DNA of 13,560 nucleotides, taken from the NCBI GenBank assembly GCA_964426185.1, contig CAYRPF010000080.1:1-13560 (forward strand), given 5' to 3'. This DNA is from an uncultured archaeon (GTDB lineage: Archaea; Asgardarchaeota; Lokiarchaeia; Sigyniarchaeales; Promethearchaeaceae). A program made the translations under genes and the position numbers. Below are positions 1 through 5,837 of this stretch, in pieces (within the stretch, counting starts at the first letter, position 1; every line of letters starts with the position of its first letter). A model generated the notes under the pieces. The model was not told the DNA's origin and made no database searches. It saw nothing but the letters and a program-made list of their open reading frames with translations.

Positions 1-68
1 CCTAATTAAATAAAGAGCTTAAACAATTAAAAAATTGCTATAAATGATATACAAAAAATAATATATCT

Positions 69-1487
69 TTAAGTTAATTTTCCATCAGCTTGAAGTCGTT
101 CAAGAATCATAGATACTGCTTGATCTACCCCAACTTCTTCGGTTTCAATAGTTATTTCTGGATTGAGTGGTTCTTCATAGGGTGCAGATTCTGATACACC
201 CGTAAAATCAGAGATTTCTCCTGCAATTGCTTTTTTATATAATCCTTTTGGATCTCGCTGCTGACACGCTTCAACACTTGCTTTTACATAAATTTCATAA
301 AAATCGGTGTTTCCGATAGCAGAGCGTGCATCTGCTCGAATTTTGCGATAGGGACTTATAAAAGAAACTAAAATGATTACTCCTGCATCAAAAAAAAGTT
401 TGGACACTTCGATTATTCGACGCAGGTTCTCACTTCTTTCTTCTGGGGAAAATCCTAAATCTGCATTTAATCCATGTCGAATATTGTCTCCGTCTAATCT
501 ATAAACCAATTTTCCTTGATGGAATAATTCTTGTTCTAAGGCAACTGCAATTGTGGATTTACCTGAACCAGAAAGACCTGTAAACCACAAAACGAAATTT
601 TTTTGACCTAAAAGCGTTAATCTATCGAACCGATTGATTTTTCCTTCATGCCACTTTACATTTTTTGGGTGTTTTACATGTTCTGGATGCTCATGAAGTG
701 CATTTTGCATCGAATTCAGTACGTAAAAACCTTTATCATTGAGTGAATTTTCCCGATTATACAACATCTCAGAATTATCCATTTGTCGGAAAATCCCTCC
801 AGCTTCTTCTACAATGCACTGCATGGCGGCGGTATCCCATTCCATGGTATATCCAAACCGATAATAAATTTCCGCTTCACCTCTGGCAATTAGACAACCT
901 TTAAGTGAACTTCCTTTTGCAATTTCGTGTTTAATCTTGGATTGAAATGGGGCTAAAAGAGCTTCCAATTGTGGAGATTTATGAGATCGACTTTCCACAA
1001 TCACCAAATCGGTGGTTTTATCACTCACGTGCAATTTCCTGGGGGGGTCATTTTCAATTTCTAAGAAAGCCCCAAACCCTTTTGCCGCATAATAAAGTTC
1101 TTTTAGAACTGGTGCATAAATAATTCCCAAAATTACTTGGTGTTGGAAAGATAAGGCAATATTTACCGTAAATTCGTCGTTTCGTTTGATAAACTCTTTT
1201 GTTCCATCTAGTGGATCAACAATCCAGCAGAATTCATTTTCCAATCGCGATTTTTCATCCTTAGATTCTTCTGAAAGGATAGCATGGCTGGGAAAATGAG
1301 ACTGTAAATATGATACAATAATTTCATTTGCGGCCGTATCTGCTTGAGTGAGAGGTGATTGATCTGATTTCATCGAAATTTGCATGTCATCATTATAATA
1401 TTTTAAGATTTCAAGACCGGCTTGGATGGCAATTGGTTTTAAATTCTCGATAATTTTGGGTAGTTGTGTAAAAATAGGATTAACCAT
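69..1487 (-). CDS. cysQ-cysC: Fusion of 3'(2'),5'-bisphosphate nucleotidase (CysQ, inositol monophosphatase family; N-terminal ~260 aa) and adenylyl-sulfate kinase (CysC; C-terminal ~200 aa)
   Basis: N-half has IMPase/CysQ motifs: K-S-D-x-SPLTxAD, ILSEE, WIVDPLDGTKEF, EFTVNIAL, SRSH, GSSLK, EWDTAA. C-half has APS kinase motifs: NVKWH, WFTGLSGSGKST (P-loop), LDGDNIRHGLN, SFISPY, RDPKGLYKKA, FTGVS..PYEEP. One uninterrupted ORF with a His/Pro-rich linker. Confidence 0.93.
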   Translation of the reverse strand: MVNPIFTQLPKIIENLKPIAIQAGLEILKYYNDDMQISMKSDQSPLTQADTAANEIIVSYLQSHFPSHAILSEESKDEKSRLENEFCWIVDPLDGTKEFIKRNDEFTVNIALSFQHQVILGIIYAPVLKELYYAAKGFGAFLEIENDPPRKLHVSDKTTDLVIVESRSHKSPQLEALLAPFQSKIKHEIAKGSSLKGCLIARGEAEIYYRFGYTMEWDTAAMQCIVEEAGGIFRQMDNSEMLYNRENSLNDKGFYVLNSMQNALHEHPEHVKHPKNVKWHEGKINRFDRLTLLGQKNFVLWFTGLSGSGKSTIAVALEQELFHQGKLVYRLDGDNIRHGLNADLGFSPEERSENLRRIIEVSKLFFDAGVIILVSFISPYRKIRADARSAIGNTDFYEIYVKASVEACQQRDPKGLYKKAIAGEISDFTGVSESAPYEEPLNPEITIETEEVGVDQAVSMILERLQADGKLT

Positions 1488-1494
1488 GATAATA

Positions 1495-2172
1495 TCACGC
1501 TAGATTGTGGGAAGTGGTTGTAACTGAAATCTTTTCTAAATAAGTTTTATAGGTAAAAAATCGTTGAAAGAAGGTTAAACAAGTTAAAAACGCATAAATA
1601 GATAGAAGGATGACTAATACAAGGGAAGAGGTAAATTGCACAACCACAGACATGATAAAAAGATAAAATAAACGCTCAGAACGGGCTAAAATTCCGATAT
1701 TAAAAACCAAAGGTTCTGTTTTTATCTGTTTGCTGTTTTTTACTTCTAATTCTGCGCGAGCGCGAGAATAACTAATTAAATAGGAAAATAGGAAGCAAAA
1801 AGCAGTTAGGATTGAAATAGAATCTGCGTATTCTATGGAATAATATTGAGCATAAATTACGATACTTCCGTAGATTACACCTTCTGATAGGCGATCAAAA
1901 GTTGAATCGAAAAAGCCACCAAATTTGCTAATTTTCCCGGAAAGTCGGGCAATAGCCCCATCAACTCCATCCATTAAACCGGTAATAAACACAAATATCC
2001 CAAACCATAAAAAACTCTGCCAGATTAGTAAACCCACTGCCGATACCACTGCAAAGAACATCATTATCCAAGTTACCATATTTGGAGTGATTTTCATTTT
2101 AATTGCAATTTTAGCCAGAAATTTAACCAATGGAGCAAAAATAGGACGAAGCCGAAAAGGTTTACTATTCAT
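1495..2172 (-). CDS. CDP-alcohol phosphatidyltransferase family protein (archaetidylinositol-phosphate synthase / PgsA-like)
   Basis: TPNxVT motif and the family signature DxxDGxxAR...GxxxDxxxD (MDGVDGAIAR..GGFFDSTFDR). ISYSRARAE and GILARSER are typical of AIP/PIP synthases. Several hydrophobic helices. Its stop is 7 nt upstream of the cysQ-cysC start. Confidence 0.9.
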   Translation of the reverse strand: MNSKPFRLRPIFAPLVKFLAKIAIKMKITPNMVTWIMMFFAVVSAVGLLIWQSFLWFGIFVFITGLMDGVDGAIARLSGKISKFGGFFDSTFDRLSEGVIYGSIVIYAQYYSIEYADSISILTAFCFLFSYLISYSRARAELEVKNSKQIKTEPLVFNIGILARSERLFYLFIMSVVVQFTSSLVLVILLSIYAFLTCLTFFQRFFTYKTYLEKISVTTTSHNLA

Positions 2173-2243
2173 GGGTTATTTTCCACCAGAGAATTTAAAA
2201 ATATAAGAGAATAGAAGTTTCTTAATTGCCTCAGAAATATGGT

Positions 2244-2489
2244 TTATTCTTCGACATCGGAATCAGGTCGATCAGGCAGTTCAGTAAGTTTAAATGTTCC
2301 ATGTACCTTGCTCAAGACATGTTTTCCGTCTTCCACCTTCTCAACGGCCAATTCCACATCATTGCCATGTTCTAAAGCGATTTGAAGGAAATTAATCAAA
2401 CCGATGTGCTTGGAGGGCGGAATTTTAAATTTTATTTCCACCGGATGCCCTTTTTTCGTAGTTGTGTTTAAGATCAATCGAAATTTCAC
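2244..2489 (-). CDS. Small hypothetical protein (81 aa)
   Basis: GTG start with GAGGG upstream, protein-like beta/alpha pattern, fills an otherwise empty gap, same strand as the two downstream genes. No family recognised. Confidence 0.7.
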   Translation of the reverse strand: MKFRLILNTTTKKGHPVEIKFKIPPSKHIGLINFLQIALEHGNDVELAVEKVEDGKHVLSKVHGTFKLTELPDRPDSDVEE

Positions 2490-2512
2490 AGATAAACCCT
2501 CAGATCAGATAC

Positions 2513-2520
2513 TTATATAA
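2513..2520. promoter_or_regulatory. Putative archaeal TATA box (palindromic TTATATAA) in a divergent intergenic region
   Basis: TTATATAA lies about 24 nt upstream of the minus-strand start at 2489. The AT-rich background makes chance matches common. Confidence 0.35.
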
Positions 2521-2608
2521 TGGATAGCGTATAATTAATTAATAACCTTTTGGTTCCAGCCAGAAGAATTTTAACCGTAAGATCCCATTAAATTTAAGAG
2601 GAATATAA

Positions 2609-2959
2609 ATGAATGAAACACCCCCCCTCCCATCTTCTGTTGATTCTAATCAGAATACTGTAGCAAGTCCATTTACGGGCACCTTATACCGCTTTGAAGT
2701 GAATCGTTGGATCAAAACAAATGACTTTCAACCTTCAGATGTAGTTGTTGTCTTGGATGAACTTCAAAATAGGTTGTACTATTATGAAGGAAACGAAACA
2801 TCCGCTCAAGATCATCAAAGTGCAAAAACAAATCTTATTCGGTTTCAAAATTCCTATCCTGATCTAACAATAATTCGAATTGAATCCCTTCAATCTAAGC
2901 AAAAAAGAAAGATCCCAATCGAAGTTCTTACCTATCTGAATTCACACCAGAAACGTTAA
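2609..2959 (+). CDS. Single-domain gelsolin/villin-like protein (putative actin regulator)
   Basis: LYRF...DFQPSDVVVVLDELQNRLYYYEGNETSAQDHQSAK follows the gelsolin-repeat pattern (L-n-s-x-D-hydrophobic-LD....iy-x-W-x-G..ss..E...A). GAGGA upstream of the ATG. Confidence 0.62.
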   Translation: MNETPPLPSSVDSNQNTVASPFTGTLYRFEVNRWIKTNDFQPSDVVVVLDELQNRLYYYEGNETSAQDHQSAKTNLIRFQNSYPDLTIIRIESLQSKQKRKIPIEVLTYLNSHQKR

Positions 2960-3072
2960 ACAATCTTTAAAAATAGAGAGAATTTATTGATCTCATTATA
3001 ACGAGTGGAAATCAGATTGATGCTTTCTTCTTTCCTAAGGTTATAGATAAATAAATCTCGAAAAAGGATACG

Positions 3073-3080
3073 TTATAAAA
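3073..3080 (+). promoter_or_regulatory. Putative TATA box (TTATAAAA) preceded by purine-rich BRE-like sequence
   Basis: CGAAAAAGGATACG-TTATAAAA, about 30-45 nt upstream of the candidate starts at 3112 and 3127. Confidence 0.4.
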
Positions 3081-3126
3081 CTCTTAAATTGTTACTGATC
3101 ATTGCACATACTTGGAGAACGTGTTC

Positions 3127-4011
3127 ATGTTAATCTTAACATATTTTAATCCCATCATCGGTCCCGATATCCTATATAGTGTCCCTCCAGATCTAGAAAA
3201 GCTTATCACAGAAAAAGATCTTGGCCAAATAAAGCGGTTGATGGATACTGCTTCTCCTGGTTTTTTTACTCATGCTTTCTCTGCCAGCTTGAATACAGCC
3301 AATTATTTTTTTATGATTCCCTCGGACTGGGCTCGTGGAAAGCAAGAGATGGTGATGATTACCAAAATTATCGAAGAAGAATCACCTAATCTAAAAGCAT
3401 ACGCCCAAAGGTTTCAGGAATTTGCCCAAGAGCTAAAACAAAATCAAAAATCTATTTTTAAAGCATTATATATTAATAATCCACCGTTAAATTACGAAAA
3501 GGAAATATTCAATGAATTCAGATACCTCAAGATAAAATTCGAAGAATTGGCCAAATTTTTTGAGATTAGTCAAGTTCAAACCCACGGAATCCTACTACCT
3601 TTCCGAAAATTGGCAGAAGATCATGCCATTCACCTCCCATCCCAAATGGTTAAGGAACTTGAATCTTTTTTGGGGGAAAGAGAGAATTATTTTGTGGTGT
3701 TTCAACGGAGAAAAGATTCTTTCAAAGTAGACATTCTACCCCATGAAGGCAATCAAGTGGTGAAGTTTGCGGTATTATTCAACGGAACATTAAGTCCGGA
3801 AACCCTCAAGCAAATTGGTTTAGTTTTTCAAGAACTGGGACTTCCCTTTGTGTATACTTCAGGAATTTGCCAAAAAGGCGGTCAATGTATCTATGAAGTA
3901 TACTTAAACCCTAAGGAGATGAAAGATTTTGAAGCCACAAAACAACAGTTGCTGAAAATTGAGCAAGTAGATGAAGTCAAAATTATCGACATTGAACTTC
4001 TGTTAACATAA
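3127..4011 (+). CDS. Longin/uDENN-like (folliculin/NPRL2/SMCR8-type) N-terminal domain, possible AbrB-like swapped hairpin, C-terminal ACT-like domain
   Basis: N-terminal LILTYFNPIIGPDILYSVP resembles the NPRL2-type F-x-P-x-x-GP-x-I-x-x-x-VP start. FMIPSDWARGKQ resembles the folliculin [12 protein letters not shown] segment. The last ~85 aa have a beta-alpha-beta-beta-alpha-beta ACT pattern ending LLKIEQVDEVKI. ATG at 3127 with GGAG upstream is preferred; TTG at 3112 is the alternative. Confidence 0.7.
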   Translation: MLILTYFNPIIGPDILYSVPPDLEKLITEKDLGQIKRLMDTASPGFFTHAFSASLNTANYFFMIPSDWARGKQEMVMITKIIEEESPNLKAYAQRFQEFAQELKQNQKSIFKALYINNPPLNYEKEIFNEFRYLKIKFEELAKFFEISQVQTHGILLPFRKLAEDHAIHLPSQMVKELESFLGERENYFVVFQRRKDSFKVDILPHEGNQVVKFAVLFNGTLSPETLKQIGLVFQELGLPFVYTSGICQKGGQCIYEVYLNPKEMKDFEATKQQLLKIEQVDEVKIIDIELLLT

Positions 4012-4030
4012 TCATTACCTTCTTTCCCTC

Positions 4031-4066
4031 TTTAGAGTTTTTTAGCGTCTTTTAGCGTTTTTTAGG
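4031..4066. repeat. About 3.5 tandem copies of a 10-bp unit TTTAG(A/C)GT(T/C)T between convergent genes; probable T-rich terminator region
   Basis: TTTAGAGTTT TTTAGCGTCT TTTAGCGTTT TTTAGG is directly visible. Confidence 0.75.
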
Positions 4067-4074
4067 AAAATATT

Positions 4075-5058
4075 TCATAGTAACGGTGTATTAAACAAAA
4101 GAAGCACCATAAAAGTTGCATAATCAATAAACAGAACAATCATTAGACTTCTCTCAAATTTGATGACCTTTACCAAGGAAATCCCGATGGCCAAGATAAT
4201 AGTTCCCCATGCTTGAAAAATCACCAAAAGAATGCGGGTAATTATCAAAAAAGTACTAGAATGCATTGAAAACAAACGTAGAATTCCAATACATAGTAAG
4301 TAAAAAACTAACGGAATATAACTGATAGACAAAACAGAGAGCAACCAACGCCAATTCTCTTTTTTTTTGAACAATCCACGCGCTAAAATTTCAACCAAGC
4401 CAACCAATAATGCATATCCCAAAAAAACACTTATGAATTGAATTATTGGATATCTAATTAAAATTGATTCCAATGGTTCGAAAATAGGGAGAAAAATATT
4501 GACAAAGGCTTGAACCCGTATAAGCATACTTAATCCCGCAATTAAGGTCAGATTCAGAACAGAAAAGCCAATTGAAGCATTATAGTTTGAAAAGTAAAAT
4601 TTAAATATTGGTTGCCCCAGCAACCATGCCTGCCAATTCTTTAACGGTCGATCCCACAAAGATCTTTGTGAGTTATCTGATAATTCTTGGAAATCACTGC
4701 CAGTTTGAAGCATGTTATATGCATGTTCACCTATTCGGGTAAAATAATACTTCTTTTGTTCATTTTGCTGTACTAAATCCTTTAATACATCGAGATGGTG
4801 ATAGACGGTACCAGTACTCACCTTTAACAGCCGCTTGATATCAGAAAATCCAGTTGAACCATTTTTTCCGATTAATTTGAGAATTTTTCTTCTGTATTCA
4901 TGCCCCAAAGCGACAAAGATTGCTTGTTCAAATTCTGATTCCGATTCTGAATCCAATTCTGAATTTGATTTTGATTCCAATTTAGAGCCTAATTCTGGTT
5001 TAGATTTAGATTCAGATTTAGACTTGTTGAATACTTTGTCGGGTTTAAGAATAGACAC
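4075..5058 (-). CDS. ArsR-like winged-HTH domain fused to a Yip1-like multi-pass membrane domain
   Basis: IFVALGHEYRRKILKLI...FSDIKRLLKVSTGTVYHHLDVL..LV......YYFTRIG is an archaeal ArsR/wHTH. The C-terminal ~190 aa has about 5 TM helices with Yip1-like patterns (ILARGLF....W..LLSVLSISYIP; W..IILAIGI......ERS). GTG start with AAGGAG SD. Confidence 0.8.
   Translation of the reverse strand: MSILKPDKVFNKSKSESKSKPELGSKLESKSNSELDSESESEFEQAIFVALGHEYRRKILKLIGKNGSTGFSDIKRLLKVSTGTVYHHLDVLKDLVQQNEQKKYYFTRIGEHAYNMLQTGSDFQELSDNSQRSLWDRPLKNWQAWLLGQPIFKFYFSNYNASIGFSVLNLTLIAGLSMLIRVQAFVNIFLPIFEPLESILIRYPIIQFISVFLGYALLVGLVEILARGLFKKKENWRWLLSVLSISYIPLVFYLLCIGILRLFSMHSSTFLIITRILLVIFQAWGTIILAIGISLVKVIKFERSLMIVLFIDYATFMVLLLFNTPLL
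4930..5025 (-). repeat. Degenerate 6-bp periodic tract encoding an (S-E/K/D/N)n low-complexity N-terminus of the wHTH-Yip1 protein
   Basis: Repeated GATTCT/GATTCC/AATTCT/GATTTA units encode SKSESKSKPELGSKLESKSNSELDSESESEFE. Confidence 0.7.
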
Positions 5059-5070
5059 TCTCTCCTTAAA

Positions 5071-5682
5071 TTAAATTTCACTGTTTGCATTTTGCGGGGG
5101 AATTAAATTCTGAGAATTTTCTGGTTGTTTATCTTCTTGATTTTCTCCGGGCTGAGATGAAGATGAAGTTGATGGGGGAGATAAAGGTGGAGATGATAGG
5201 GGAGTTGAAGGTGAATAGGAAGGCGAAGGGGAATTTATTTGTAAAAATCCAAGAAAACACCCTAAAAACAGAATCAACGCAGTAATAATCAGGTAAATTC
5301 CGGGCTGATTCCATAAATACGGTGTGTGATCTTGAAATATTTGGCTCAAAAAAAGTGTGGTCAAATTCAAATCCAAGAACAAAATCAAATAGAACCCTAA
5401 TTTTTGGGAATGTATAAATTTGGAAAGAAAAATCCCAAAAATTATCATTAATCCTCCGTTTATGAGAGGAATACTGTAAAGAAATCGCTCCCAGCCTTCA
5501 CCAACAACTTGGAACATCAATATCAGCGGAAAAAAGGAAGTCAAAGGAACTAACATAGATATCCACCATAAAATACCACTTCCTATAAACCATAAGCGTA
5601 ATTGAAGGATTAATTTTCCGTTTTTCCTTCTATTGGTTTTTTCCCCTATTTTTTTCGGTTCACCTGATCTCGATGGATTCAT
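5071..5682 (-). CDS. Hypothetical membrane protein (about 4 TM helices, basic N-terminus, Ser/Pro-rich disordered C-tail)
   Basis: Four hydrophobic stretches. Ends 12 nt before the wHTH-Yip1 start, so probably co-transcribed with it. Confidence 0.75.
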   Translation of the reverse strand: MNPSRSGEPKKIGEKTNRRKNGKLILQLRLWFIGSGILWWISMLVPLTSFFPLILMFQVVGEGWERFLYSIPLINGGLMIIFGIFLSKFIHSQKLGFYLILFLDLNLTTLFLSQIFQDHTPYLWNQPGIYLIITALILFLGCFLGFLQINSPSPSYSPSTPLSSPPLSPPSTSSSSQPGENQEDKQPENSQNLIPPQNANSEI

Positions 5683-5806
5683 TTATCATCATAGGTTCAT
5701 CATGATAATCTACATTTTAATATTTTTATTATTCACATATTCATTTACTTTCCAAAAAGTCTAGCATTATAAGGAGAAAAAAAAATACTAATAACAAGAG
5801 CTTTCG

Positions 5807-5825
5807 GATCGATAACATTTCGATC
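5807..5825. promoter_or_regulatory. Inverted repeat GATCGA-N7-TCGATC just upstream of the GTPase start
   Basis: Perfect 6-bp arms at 5807-5812 and 5820-5825, GC-rich in an AT-rich divergent intergenic region, ending 12 nt before the ATG at 5838. Confidence 0.4.
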
Positions 5826-5837
5826 GGGGTTAAAAAT

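Noticed and set aside
1488-1497. Selenocysteine or readthrough at TGA stops (1495, 8726, 10442)
   Set aside because: The 7-nt gap puts the next gene out of frame at 1495. The other two TGAs are soon followed by in-frame TAG or TAA, the proteins are already full length, and no SECIS was recognised.
1925-2206. 93-aa plus-strand ORF
   Set aside because: Antisense shadow of the well-supported phosphatidyltransferase; no motifs.
4031-4066. Possible CRISPR-like array
   Set aside because: The units are 10 bp and directly adjacent, with no spacers and no cas genes.
4835-5074. 79-aa plus-strand ORF with SD-repeat-like sequence
   Set aside because: Antisense reading of the hexamer repeat in the wHTH-Yip1 gene; not an adhesin.
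5205-5232. SPSYSPST resembling an RNA polymerase II CTD heptad
   Set aside because: A single imperfect copy in a Ser/Pro-rich tract is expected by chance.
5085-5314. 66-aa (+) and 61-aa (-) ORFs
   Set aside because: Alternative frames over the low-complexity tail of the 4-TM gene.
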